Source: a virus
IMG/VR virus record: IMGVR_UViG_3300032893_000036
Coordinates: 3,221-67,220 of that record
Direction: 5' to 3' (one strand)
DNA length: 64,000 nucleotides
Shown: positions 26,119 through 35,667 of the stretch, one piece after another
How the letters are laid out: each line of letters begins with the position of its first letter
Numbering within the stretch: the first letter of the stretch is position 1
The notes under the pieces: generated by a model
What the model saw: the letters and a program-made list of their open reading frames with translations, nothing else
What the model was told of the DNA's origin: nothing
Databases searched by the model: none
Translations under genes and position numbers: made by a program

Positions 26119-29100
26119 GGCGGAATCTGCCCATTCTCAAGCGCGCGCAGATTCGCACTCTTCAGCGCAAGTATCTTCATACCCTTCGGGCCGAGACGTG
26201 CGCGAAGCGCGTTCAATTCCGTCGTATCCCCGCGTCTAATCGCATCATCCGCGCGGTACACGTCAGGGTCGAAATTTTTCGCCCATGCAGATCGGAATGC
26301 TTGGTACTTCGCGAGATTCGGCGCCTGACCAGTCCCCACTGCCTTGTCGAGTCCTTCGCGATACGCCATCACGCCGCTGTTCAGCGCGTCAGCATATTTC
26401 ACTTTTTCCTGGAGTGCCTGCGGGGTGTACTCAGTGGTGCCCGTGGCAGTCTGCGATGCTGCCAGTCCCGCATTGGTGTGCGGAACTCCCATTGCCGCTG
26501 CTTGTGATGCGGCCTGCCGATCCAGGTAGGCGTTGATTTCCTGATAAGTGGACCCCGAAGGCATGCCAAGTACGGCCGCAATCTTTTGCCCTGTCTGTGT
26601 CCAAGGGCCAGTTTTGGTTTCTGCCGACAACCGTAGCAACTGCTGATTGATGTTGCGGTTATTGGGCGCCGCATCACCAGCTTCGCGTATGTGCGCGACC
26701 GCTTCCTGATCGAGTGCCTGCTGTCTGGCCGCGACCGGGGATTGAGATGCGCCGATGATCCCGGCGCCCGTGGTAGGCGCGGGCGGGCTGGGCGGGGGCG
26801 TTGCGATTGGAGGTGCAGCGCGCGTCGTGGCCATACCGCCAGATGGAGTAGCCGTTGAATTGACCATAAGGCTTCGCGCATACGCGGCTGGGCTGGCGGC
26901 ACCATGTGCGCGCCATGCCTCCATGTTCGTAACTTGACCGGTGTTTGGATCGCGCACATCCGTAGGCTCACGCGCGAGTCTCATGAACTCAGATTCTTGA
27001 GTAGGTGTAAACCCCTGCTGAGCGATCGTCCCAATCTCTGGTTGTTTCGTGCGAGCATTCTTGACGATGCCGCCTTCGATCCCTGTCTCGTCCCCAGTCC
27101 ACTGTCGCAGCGCGTTATAATGCGCGAGCGCGACCTGCTTCTCCGCGGGCGTTTTCGCTGTATTGTATTGCTGATATCGCGCATCAGCCATCAACTGAGC
27201 CTGATTGCGCGAGTTCTGCAAATCGCGCTCTACACGGGTCTGATAATCGGTATCAGCCTGCTTTTGGAACATGTCGCCGCCGATGGCCCAATCCTTCTTG
27301 ATTGCGGCGTCTTTGGCGGCTTGCTCCTCGGGTGTACGGGCTTTGTTGACGAAAAATTGCTTGCGATATTGTGATTCGAGTCCGCCAGCCGTCTGCGCAG
27401 CATCGTCGGTCGTAGCTGTTTGCGGGAGTGACTGTCGCGGCACCGTAGTCGGCGCGAGCGCATCCTTCGCGACCCCGAGTTTCAACGCCGCAAGCTGATT
27501 CGCGATCTCAATCTCTTTCGCTTTCTGTGTAATCTCCTCGGTCCCCGCTTGCGACCGCCGGGTATTCAGGTACGAGTCAGCCCCAGCACCCAGACCGGCC
27601 GCCAGTGCGACTCCGGGATGCACCGTCTTCGCGGTCCCCATCGCCGCAAGTCCCGACAGGATCGGCAGGATGTTCTCGGACTTCTGCCACCAGTGCGCGC
27701 CATTGGGCGGGGCGACACCAGTATCAGAAGTCGGAGGATCGTTTGGCGTGTCATCTGGGACATCGCCGCCGTCGTCATACTTGCGCCGCCCCGCGAGTCC
27801 GCCGCGCGCGAGCGCTTGGTTGCTGAAGATCTCTCCAGTATTGGTCATGGCCTGATCAGGCTCGCCGCCCTTCATGAGCGTCTGCAGCCCCGTAGGCCTC
27901 TTAACCAGTGGCCCCGGACTCTGCAGTTTCTCGTTGCTGACCTCTTCATCTGGAATGTCCAACTGCCCATTCGGATCGCTATACGGCGAGCCACCTGCGG
28001 CTAATCCGATTCGGCCGCCACGTTTGGCCGCTAGCGCAGCTACAGCGACGTCTGCCGCCGCGTATTCGGCCGCCAAGGCTGCCGCCTCAGTTGCCGCGGC
28101 ATCGGCTGCAGCGCCCGCAGCTGCGCTCCCAGCTGCCCCCGCCGCAGCTCCGCCGGCTGCGCCAGCGGCAGCTCCGGCCCCGGCATCCGCTGCTGCGCCC
28201 GCGCCCGCTCCAGCAGCCGCGTCTGCAGCTCCCGTTCCCGCTGCGGTATCCGCCGCGCCGAGTCCCGCGTCAAATGTCGTTGTGGTGCCTGCGTCCGCTG
28301 CCGGCTCTCCGAAATACGTTGTCGTCCCGAGACCCGATTGCGAAGGTGCGGCCGTAGCTGTCTCGGGCGTTCCAGCGCCATAGCTTACCGCCCCGCTGGG
28401 CTGAACTCCGGCAGGCTGCAGTCCGGTCGATGTCGCCGGATGCGCAGCTACCGGTCGGTTAAAGTACTTGTATCCCTGATAGGCGTCCTTCCCAAGCCCT
28501 TCAATCGTATTCACCTTGCTCGAGCCAGACGGTCCCGGCTGCGGCGTACCCTGTGCGACGGCGAGCTGGTGACTCGTGCCCTGCGAGGGAATATTGCGCT
28601 GCCCCCCATTCTCATGCGGTGCGTACATCCGTTGCTGCGCCGCCAATACCGCATCCAATCCTCCGGTATCTCCGCCATCTGCGTATCGGCGCCGCGGAAA
28701 TGGCACCACGCCGCCTTCGTAGAAATGCGCGCGATTCGCTGCCTCCTCGGTCGCTCGGCCGTAGTCGACGTACTTGAATCCGCCTGCGAGTCCCACCGCC
28801 TCGGGATGCTTCTTTTCGACCTGCTGGGCTGACAGTCCGATCTGGTCTCGGCTGTCGCCCCTCATCTTGTATCGATAGATCGGTTGCCCGTCGAACGTCT
28901 TGCCGATTGGCTCCATGTCCTCCTTCAGCCGCTCGTCGCTGAAGAACCCGCCTGGCTGCGTCGTGGTCGTCGTTGATCCCGACAGCGCGCCGGTCCCTTC
29001 CGCGATGTTCGCCAAGAACTGCGCGACCTGGAACGGATAGGACTGCTGCTGCAAGAATTGCTGGTATTGCGCGGTGTCCTGCGCCTGCTGCGTCTGCTGC

Positions 29101-29828
29101 TGGACGGTGCCGGCGCCAATCTGGGCTTGCGCACCTTGCAATCCAGCAGTCTGCGCTCCGGACCCAAGTGCGGCCATTTCGGATGCCGTATTGGCGCCCT
29201 CACCGTAGGCCGTCGAACCGATGTCGGCGAGCTGCTTCGCGCCCGCAAGCCCGATCTGTTGCTGACCTTGCGCCGTGCTCAACGCGGACTGATAGCCCTG
29301 ATTCGCGATTCCGGAGTAAATGTTGGCGTTCGCGAGATTCTGTTGCTGTTCGAGATTCGCTGCAGCGATGCCCGTCCTGTCGCCGCCAAAAGCGCCTGAC
29401 GTGATGGCATTGCCCAACTGGCCGGCTTGCTGCTGCTGATTGTTCTGATTTATCAGAGCGCCTGTGCTGCCCAGCACAGTCTGTAGATACGGCGACAAAT
29501 ACTGATCGATCTGTTGTCCAGTCAATGGCGCCGAACTGACTTGCGTTCCCGATTCGGCTGCCGCGTTGATAGGATTGGTTGCCGCTTGCGCGGCTCCCAG
29601 TCCACTTCTCGCAGTAGCGTAATATGGCTGCGCTTCGTTTGCGGCTGCGTTGGTGCCAACAATTCCTGAATATTGTTCCGTGTTGACTGGTGCTACAAAC
29701 TCTCCGCCATAGGTTTGGAAAGGAGTTTGAGCAACTTGGTTCGCTCTTGCGTTGACGGCAGAGTACTGTGCAAGTACCTGTGGAGGCACCTGCACTTGTT
29801 GTGTCGATGTTGCAGTCTTGCCTCCCAA
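26115..29828 (-). CDS. large ejection (pilot) protein with internal peptidase S74 domain
   Basis: MGGK.. Gln/Ala-rich N-terminus; FSDERLKED...IGLSAQQVE..HPEAV...VDY; Gly/Ala zipper; several xxGG motifs. Confidence 0.78.
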   Translation of the reverse strand: MGGKTATSTQQVQVPPQVLAQYSAVNARANQVAQTPFQTYGGEFVAPVNTEQYSGIVGTNAAANEAQPYYATARSGLGAAQAATNPINAAAESGTQVSSAPLTGQQIDQYLSPYLQTVLGSTGALINQNNQQQQAGQLGNAITSGAFGGDRTGIAAANLEQQQNLANANIYSGIANQGYQSALSTAQGQQQIGLAGAKQLADIGSTAYGEGANTASEMAALGSGAQTAGLQGAQAQIGAGTVQQQTQQAQDTAQYQQFLQQQSYPFQVAQFLANIAEGTGALSGSTTTTTQPGGFFSDERLKEDMEPIGKTFDGQPIYRYKMRGDSRDQIGLSAQQVEKKHPEAVGLAGGFKYVDYGRATEEAANRAHFYEGGVVPFPRRRYADGGDTGGLDAVLAAQQRMYAPHENGGQRNIPSQGTSHQLAVAQGTPQPGPSGSSKVNTIEGLGKDAYQGYKYFNRPVAAHPATSTGLQPAGVQPSGAVSYGAGTPETATAAPSQSGLGTTTYFGEPAADAGTTTTFDAGLGAADTAAGTGAADAAAGAGAGAAADAGAGAAAGAAGGAAAGAAGSAAAGAAADAAATEAAALAAEYAAADVAVAALAAKRGGRIGLAAGGSPYSDPNGQLDIPDEEVSNEKLQSPGPLVKRPTGLQTLMKGGEPDQAMTNTGEIFSNQALARGGLAGRRKYDDGGDVPDDTPNDPPTSDTGVAPPNGAHWWQKSENILPILSGLAAMGTAKTVHPGVALAAGLGAGADSYLNTRRSQAGTEEITQKAKEIEIANQLAALKLGVAKDALAPTTVPRQSLPQTATTDDAAQTAGGLESQYRKQFFVNKARTPEEQAAKDAAIKKDWAIGGDMFQKQADTDYQTRVERDLQNSRNQAQLMADARYQQYNTAKTPAEKQVALAHYNALRQWTGDETGIEGGIVKNARTKQPEIGTIAQQGFTPTQESEFMRLAREPTDVRDPNTGQVTNMEAWRAHGAASPAAYARSLMVNSTATPSGGMATTRAAPPIATPPPSPPAPTTGAGIIGASQSPVAARQQALDQEAVAHIREAGDAAPNNRNINQQLLRLSAETKTGPWTQTGQKIAAVLGMPSGSTYQEINAYLDRQAASQAAAMGVPHTNAGLAASQTATGTTEYTPQALQEKVKYADALNSGVMAYREGLDKAVGTGQAPNLAKYQAFRSAWAKNFDPDVYRADDAIRRGDTTELNALRARLGPKGMKILALKSANLRALENGQIPP

Positions 29829-29829
29829 G

Positions 29830-30354
29830 TTAGTTACTTCCTTCGTTGGTTACATTCCCCGGAAAGCAACCTGTCTTTCTGCCGTGAATCCAGTATTTGC
29901 CAGATGCTGGACCCAAAACGCGCTCGTACAATTTACATTTGGCATCGGTCTGAATTGAGGACAGGACTCCGATCAGCAACGGGAGTCCTAGCTTCTCAGC
30001 AGATGATTTGCTGAACTCGATCAATTTGTGGGCGCGCCCACCGCGTGCGTTGCGATAGTCTGGATGGACGAATAATACGAGTTCTTCCAAGCATGTCTCG
30101 TCCGAATAGAACAGCTTGCCGATCTGCAGGACTACGATGCCCTCGATCTTGCCGCCGCGTGGGCCGATGCAGCCGATGAGTCCGGTTTGAAGATTGAGCT
30201 TCGGCCAGATGGTGCGCACAAGCAATTCTGTCTCGAACTTGAGCAACCCGTTTTCCGTCGCTGCCATCATGGCGAGCTGCATGATCTCGTCCATGTCCGC
30301 CGTGGTGCCGAGGCGGATTTTTAGGTCGTCGTAGATGGAGAGGGTTAGGCTCAT
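29830..30354 (-). CDS. GNAT acetyltransferase
   Basis: IRLGT.ADM...LFVHPDYR..RGG.A.KL...KLYER; position analogous to T7 gp13 / P22 gp14. Confidence 0.8.
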   Translation of the reverse strand: MSLTLSIYDDLKIRLGTTADMDEIMQLAMMAATENGLLKFETELLVRTIWPKLNLQTGLIGCIGPRGGKIEGIVVLQIGKLFYSDETCLEELVLFVHPDYRNARGGRAHKLIEFSKSSAEKLGLPLLIGVLSSIQTDAKCKLYERVLGPASGKYWIHGRKTGCFPGNVTNEGSN

Positions 30355-30659
30355 TGCGTTAGCCAATCAGCGGCTTGGTGAGCCATCTGCAGCAATTCGG
30401 GATGGATATAGATCCCGAATCTGTCTGGGCCAACATCGGTGACCCGAATCTTTGTCTGATATTCGGCAGGAATACTTTCAGTCATGTGACCTTGCATCAA
30501 TACGATCTGATCGGCCCAATCGCATAACATCGTTAAGGTCTTTTTGGACACCCTCAGTCGACCCACGGCGATAGACTCATGTCCACGAAGATCGTGCAGG
30601 ACGTAGGCCAGCGCGTGAGATCGCACGTTCCCGCCATCGCAGACGCATAGATATTTCAC
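30351..30659 (-). CDS. low-molecular-weight protein tyrosine phosphatase-like protein
   Basis: N-terminal LCVCDGGNVRS is a CX5RS P-loop; L..WAD.I..M is also typical of the family. Confidence 0.72.
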   Translation of the reverse strand: MKYLCVCDGGNVRSHALAYVLHDLRGHESIAVGRLRVSKKTLTMLCDWADQIVLMQGHMTESIPAEYQTKIRVTDVGPDRFGIYIHPELLQMAHQAADWLTQ

Positions 30660-30663
30660 TGCG

Positions 30664-31623
30664 TCAGTCCTTCCTCGGCGGCGCAAGCTTCTCCAACTTC
30701 CCAATGTGCTCCTTGCGGATCTTGAGCACGAAGGAGTCCAGCACGCGGTGGCCTCGATCCATGTCGCCCGCGCCAATTTGTTCAACGTGTCTAGGACTTA
30801 TCACCCACTCACCTCCCGCGGCGACAATCGGCACACCCGAGGCCTCACCACCGTGCGCTTTTCGAGCGCGTAGTTTTTCGAGCGCCTTACGGACTCCCGG
30901 ATGCAAGGGGAGTTTTTCCGCTTCAGATGGCTTGATCCAGACCGCTCCATCGTGCTCCTCGTTCAAGGTGGGCTTAAACTTGTCGGTAGAATGAGCTACG
31001 AAGGTTGTGAAATCAACGCCTTGACCTTTGCTGTGCATGAACGGGGATAGACCCCCCTCGTGCGAGTAGCCGGCTTCCTCTTCGGTCTCGCGCCGGGCCG
31101 CCTGCTCAGGCGTCTCGCCCTTTTCGATGCCGCCCGCGGGGAGCGCCCACTCGCCGACGTGGTCCTTCCCCCGGCGACGCAGCAGCAAGACTTCTTTCTC
31201 GGGGGATACGAAAAGGATGCCGGCTGCGTGGTGGACCTTGCCACCGGCCGCGCGGGGCAGTGGCTCGCCATAAGGTCCGCCCTTCTGACCGTAAGGGCGG
31301 TTGCTCGCGCCATACGGCTCACCACCGAACATGCGGCGGAGCACCTTGAACCCCGCCAACGTGTTGTTCTCGCCCAAATGAGAAACGCAGTCCGCTGGAA
31401 GAACGTAGGACCCACTTTCCACTGTAATTGGTAGGTGATCCGTCCGTCCCGCGACCGAACTGTGAATCGGGCCAGAGTGGAACTTAGTGACGGTCTGGCC
31501 GCCCTCGGCGCGTTTGCGGCGGGCGACGTCGAGAGCGATAGCAACGGCTTGCCGATGAGGGTGATTCTCGCTCTCAACCTCAATGTTGTGACCGATGTTG
31601 CGTTTGCCGGGGAGGAGGGGCAC
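30664..31623 (-). CDS. multi-module virion-associated protein containing a Nudix hydrolase
   Basis: Nudix box GGIEKGETPEQAARRETEEEAG; flanked by two copies of a P.....G.(Y/W)V.....V..(L/I)G module; N-terminal MPL..G...I..NI...QAVAIAL module. Confidence 0.82.
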   Translation of the reverse strand: MPLLPGKRNIGHNIEVESENHPHRQAVAIALDVARRKRAEGGQTVTKFHSGPIHSSVAGRTDHLPITVESGSYVLPADCVSHLGENNTLAGFKVLRRMFGGEPYGASNRPYGQKGGPYGEPLPRAAGGKVHHAAGILFVSPEKEVLLLRRRGKDHVGEWALPAGGIEKGETPEQAARRETEEEAGYSHEGGLSPFMHSKGQGVDFTTFVAHSTDKFKPTLNEEHDGAVWIKPSEAEKLPLHPGVRKALEKLRARKAHGGEASGVPIVAAGGEWVISPRHVEQIGAGDMDRGHRVLDSFVLKIRKEHIGKLEKLAPPRKD

Positions 31624-31776
31624 TCAGTTTTCCTCCGCTTCCAAGAATTCCTTGACAGCCGCGAGCGCGGCTTCAGCTACTCCGCATGCTGCTGCATAAT
31701 TCGGTGGATCGCTCGCCAAGTATTTCACTTCAGATAGAGCGGAATTTATGTATTTAACTAACTCGTCTTTGGTCAC
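31624..31776 (-). CDS. small hypothetical protein
   Basis: Manual translation MTKDELVKYINSAL...EAEEN; fills the gap with a GTGA overlap. Confidence 0.45.
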   Translation of the reverse strand: MTKDELVKYINSALSEVKYLASDPPNYAAACGVAEAALAAVKEFLEAEEN

Positions 31777-32141
31777 GAGAAACTCCCGCTAACAGTCTGC
31801 CCGCTCCCCGGCGCAATCGTGATCCCGAACGAGCACGGCAAGTTCACCACATATACCCCCACCGTCTCCGGAATCACATACAGCGGCTTGGTCGTGTTGC
31901 CCGTCGCCGCCGCGTCATACACCATGCCGGTAGCGGACCCTGCCACAATGACGCTGATTCGTGCGATGCGACCTGCGGATGTCTTCACGGTCGTCGCCGC
32001 TGTCACCCCTGCGAAGTTTTGCGCGCCTTCGACGTTGAGATACGTCTGCGCAAGCGAGTTGACCGCAGTCGCTAAATTCTTCGCGACTGTTAGGATGTCG
32101 GATAGGGAGGCGCCGCCTTGCTGTTGTGGAGTGGTGACCAT
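31773..32141 (-). CDS. virion structural protein
   Basis: ASLSDILT..KN; beta-rich C-terminus. Confidence 0.6.
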   Translation of the reverse strand: MVTTPQQQGGASLSDILTVAKNLATAVNSLAQTYLNVEGAQNFAGVTAATTVKTSAGRIARISVIVAGSATGMVYDAAATGNTTKPLYVIPETVGVYVVNLPCSFGITIAPGSGQTVSGSFS

Positions 32142-34240
32142 CAAAATTTGCCATCCGACGCGTATCGATACCTGATGGCTCCGATTCTCCAAAATGATCC
32201 CAGATCGCTGCTAGAAATCCTGATCGATACCAACCGTCCGCGCAGCCGCGTGTTGAAATACTGAGTTGCTTGGGTCACGGAGTATGGGCCGTAAACTTTG
32301 GGCGTATCGCCCGCATAATCGGCTACAAAAAACGTGATGTTCACTGTAGCCGTCTGCGCCTGCGATAATTTACCCCACTTCATATCCGGCCACACCAAAT
32401 CGATGAACGTCTTGAGGTCGCCTTCACTCAATGTGAAGTATCCACTCTGAAAATACGGCTGCATCGCCTGCAAGTCCGCGTCGTTCGAGGTTTCGTGCTG
32501 ATACAGCAGTCCCGTCACCGGATCAGCACCAATCGGTGGACCCAACACAGACTGATCGACCCAAGCCGTGCGCCCCAACGTTCCATAGTCCCAGATGTTG
32601 AGCGGTGCGGTGTACTTCACGTAGGAGTCCACTTCGCCCGTGCCATTCGCTGACGGGTAGTACCACGTGATCTCACCGAAGAGAGAATTGACCGCAACTC
32701 GGATCTTGTACAGGTTGGCCGTGACCGGATGCAGATTCTGAAACACCTGATCCCACACCGAGCAATACAGCGGCTGCACGCCGGCCGAGCTCAACGTGAA
32801 AAACTGCGAGGGACCCATCCAGTAGCCGATGCCGCCCATAAATGCCGCGGCCTTTCGCGCGATCAATCCGCAGCCCGAGCCGATCTCGTTGAACGAGTAG
32901 ACGTACGGAGGTCCGATGTACTGCATCGACCACGCGTCGATGTCAGTCCAGAGAATCGCCTGCTGCGGACCTTGCAGCCCGCCGACGATCTTGGACCCCT
33001 TCGGAATGCGGTATGAGCCCGCCTGGTTGGTCGGGAGCGCGATCCACTGATTGAAATTGTTGACATCACACCAATTCACCAACAGTGGATCTTGGATGCC
33101 GGTCTGAGTACTGCCCCAAGCGACAATTTGCCGCTGCGGCATAGCGACGAACGCACCGTCATTGACCGGCGGCGCGGCCGTGATGATCGTGGCGCCGGTG
33201 ACGCTCTCTTCCCACTGGTACAGCGGTTGGAATGGGACCGATCCAGGTGTCAGCGTCTGGTCCGCGCAGGCGATCAGGATCTCGCCCCAGTTATCCAGCG
33301 TCCAGTCGTTCGCCGGAATGAACGTGCCCGATGCCGGTGAGACCGCGTTGCCGGTGCCGTAGCCGCCCGCACCATAGGCCCCAGCGCCGTAGCCGATACC
33401 GCCCGGAATGGTGCCGTAGCCGAAGGAATAGATGAAGTGGGCGTTACCCCCGTTTAGCGTGCCGGAGGTCGTTTCGTTCGCGGGATTGCTGCCGATGATC
33501 GTGAAGTTGCTGCCATCAACTAGCGACTGCACGACGTAATTGCCGTAGAGCTGGATGCCCCCGACAGTCGTCGCCACCAGCACGGGGAAAGTCTCGCCCA
33601 CCTGATAGGTGTAGTTCGGCAACGTGACGGTCACCGTGAGTGACCCGCTGACGGTGTTGAATACCGGCAACACGGGCGAACTTGAGTTGCTTGTCGCAGG
33701 CAATGGGTTGCCCAGTTTGTCGGTCGCCTGCACCGTGTAGGCCGTGTTGCTCAGCAGTCCGCACTGATAGAGCCCGAACAGCACCACGCCGCCGATGCTG
33801 ATTTGCGTCGCGATGTAGACCGAATCGTAGCCGGTGATGCCTTGAGTCGTGGTGTCTGTGATCGTGACGGTGGCGCTGGTCGAGGTCGTGGACACGACGG
33901 GCGCGATGTCTTCGGATGACTGTTGCGGCGTGATGTACTGCAGGATGCCGTTCGTGATCACGCCTAGGAGCGCGTAGCCTTGGGCTGCGATGGTCTGCGT
34001 ACCGACAGCCAAGTGAGTGTTGAGATTCAGGTCCTCCCAGGCCCACAGCGCTCGAGCCGTGGCGGGCATAGGTTGGCCAAAATATCTAGACCATCCTCCG
34101 ATCTTCTGGACAAGGCCGACGCCGTTGCGATCCGGCATGAATCGAACCAACTGCGACTGCGAAATGCCCGAGTTTTCGTTGAGTGCAGGAGTCTCTTGCG
34201 TGTCAACTCCCGGGACTAATCTGAGGGTGGCGTGCGGCAT
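32141..34240 (-). CDS. tail nozzle / stabilisation protein (P22 gp10, T7 gp12-like)
   Basis: Beta-propeller-like; WTLDNWGE, CGLI, EITWYYPS, WDYGTL.RTAW, R.RGR...I.S..LG..WR.G. Confidence 0.8.
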   Translation of the reverse strand: MPHATLRLVPGVDTQETPALNENSGISQSQLVRFMPDRNGVGLVQKIGGWSRYFGQPMPATARALWAWEDLNLNTHLAVGTQTIAAQGYALLGVITNGILQYITPQQSSEDIAPVVSTTSTSATVTITDTTTQGITGYDSVYIATQISIGGVVLFGLYQCGLLSNTAYTVQATDKLGNPLPATSNSSSPVLPVFNTVSGSLTVTVTLPNYTYQVGETFPVLVATTVGGIQLYGNYVVQSLVDGSNFTIIGSNPANETTSGTLNGGNAHFIYSFGYGTIPGGIGYGAGAYGAGGYGTGNAVSPASGTFIPANDWTLDNWGEILIACADQTLTPGSVPFQPLYQWEESVTGATIITAAPPVNDGAFVAMPQRQIVAWGSTQTGIQDPLLVNWCDVNNFNQWIALPTNQAGSYRIPKGSKIVGGLQGPQQAILWTDIDAWSMQYIGPPYVYSFNEIGSGCGLIARKAAAFMGGIGYWMGPSQFFTLSSAGVQPLYCSVWDQVFQNLHPVTANLYKIRVAVNSLFGEITWYYPSANGTGEVDSYVKYTAPLNIWDYGTLGRTAWVDQSVLGPPIGADPVTGLLYQHETSNDADLQAMQPYFQSGYFTLSEGDLKTFIDLVWPDMKWGKLSQAQTATVNITFFVADYAGDTPKVYGPYSVTQATQYFNTRLRGRLVSIRISSSDLGSFWRIGAIRYRYASDGKF

Positions 34241-34243
34241 GCG

Positions 34244-35026
34244 TCACCTCGTCGGCGTCGCCGTAGCTGGCGTCGAATATCCGCTCCATCCGGAGCCCAT
34301 TCCCTTCTTTCGATTCTCTTCGGCAATCGCCCCCGCGAGCAGCGTCCGGTACTGCTTCTCGTAGTTCACTGGCATCGCAGGATCGTCACTATTAGCGCTG
34401 AACTGGCGTTGGTAGCCGCTGATGAAGATCATGCTGGCCATCACGAGCAAGTCAGGCAGCCACTGCGAAATATACGTATATGACGTGTCGGCCGGTCCCG
34501 GCGTTGCATACTGATACAGCGACGGCATGCGGATCACGCCGGTTACGCGCACTGGGTACGCAAAGTTGGGCGGCGGACCGAGCAGGATATTTACGTTCGT
34601 GTTCGCACCGTCGCCGAACGTGTCGCCGTACATCGCGAAGTACTTCGGTGTCCCCGTGCAGAACACACCCGAGTAGCAGTTCTGGATGAACTCTTTGGAC
34701 ACCGGAATCAGCGGGCAACTGTTGACGACGACGCCGTTACTCACCTGCGTCCATTCCAGCGTTTCGACGACCAGAAAGTCAGTAACCGGGATCTGCAGTA
34801 GGTTGTTGGCTACTGTCAGCGTGTACGTGTTGGATGAGCGGGATTGCAGCGCGTCGATGTCTCTTTGAATTCTACCCTCGGCGTACGAAAGAATCTGCGG
34901 TAACACGTTCTGCAAAGGCGCATCGACAAATCCCCAGACGCCCGACGTGGCCTGAGTTTGTGCCACGGCCATGACGCCGATTGCCTGGACCCATGCATTG
35001 AACGAGAGTGGGTTGAGTGAACTCAT
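34244..35026 (-). CDS. head-tail adaptor protein
   Basis: LPQ...YAE.RI.RD, G.PKYFA, GP.P...Y.V, PDLL..ASM. Confidence 0.7.
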   Translation of the reverse strand: MSSLNPLSFNAWVQAIGVMAVAQTQATSGVWGFVDAPLQNVLPQILSYAEGRIQRDIDALQSRSSNTYTLTVANNLLQIPVTDFLVVETLEWTQVSNGVVVNSCPLIPVSKEFIQNCYSGVFCTGTPKYFAMYGDTFGDGANTNVNILLGPPPNFAYPVRVTGVIRMPSLYQYATPGPADTSYTYISQWLPDLLVMASMIFISGYQRQFSANSDDPAMPVNYEKQYRTLLAGAIAEENRKKGMGSGWSGYSTPATATPTR

Positions 35027-35667
35027 TCGGTCACCTGCGGAATCTGCGCCGATCCGCGCGGCAGGCCGACCAAGCACGTGATCATGCGCGTGGATTCTGT
35101 CAGCAAAGATCCCGCAGCAACCGGATTGGCCGTCGTGTAGATGAACGAGATCGGCGTGTACATGACGACGCTGAAAAATCCGCAAGCATTCACATTCGAT
35201 AATCCCTGCACCGCAATCTGATTATCGTTCATCAGGTTATGCGGAGCCGAGCAGCTCACATAGATGGTCGTGGTGCCGTTGGCAATGACCGACAGCACTG
35301 AAATCGGCACGCCGAAGGCCTTTTGCACGACTCCGTCGTAGGGCATCACAGCGTTGATGTCGAGACCCGTCGGCACGCCAATCGGCTGGTTGGCGTCGAT
35401 CTCTTCGAAGTTGAAGTTCTCGGGGCGTGGATACGTGATAGGCACCGGATCTGCAGGTAGCAAGATCGCGCGCAATTGCTCCTGCGGTGTATCCAAGCAC
35501 GTACGGCATACTAACAATCGGATGTTCTGAAGACTCGTACCTCGCCAGTCGTATTGCCACTGCAAATCAACGTAGTTATACCATATGCCGCAACGATCAC
35601 AGACGGCTTGCGCCTGCGGTTTTTTTGCGGAAACTCTCGCGCGGCCGGCTTTACTGGCGTAACTCAT
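35023..35667 (-). CDS. virion protein with N-terminal Cys4 zinc motif and C-terminal beta domain
   Basis: CDRCG...VCRTCLD.PQ.QL; PH.L.....I.V.G module. Confidence 0.65.
   Translation of the reverse strand: MSYASKAGRARVSAKKPQAQAVCDRCGIWYNYVDLQWQYDWRGTSLQNIRLLVCRTCLDTPQEQLRAILLPADPVPITYPRPENFNFEEIDANQPIGVPTGLDINAVMPYDGVVQKAFGVPISVLSVIANGTTTIYVSCSAPHNLMNDNQIAVQGLSNVNACGFFSVVMYTPISFIYTTANPVAAGSLLTESTRMITCLVGLPRGSAQIPQVTE

Noticed and set aside
28030-28280. Ala/Gly low-complexity tract as a novel repeat system
   Set aside because: Consistent with an ordinary glycine-zipper or membrane-inserting segment of an ejection protein.
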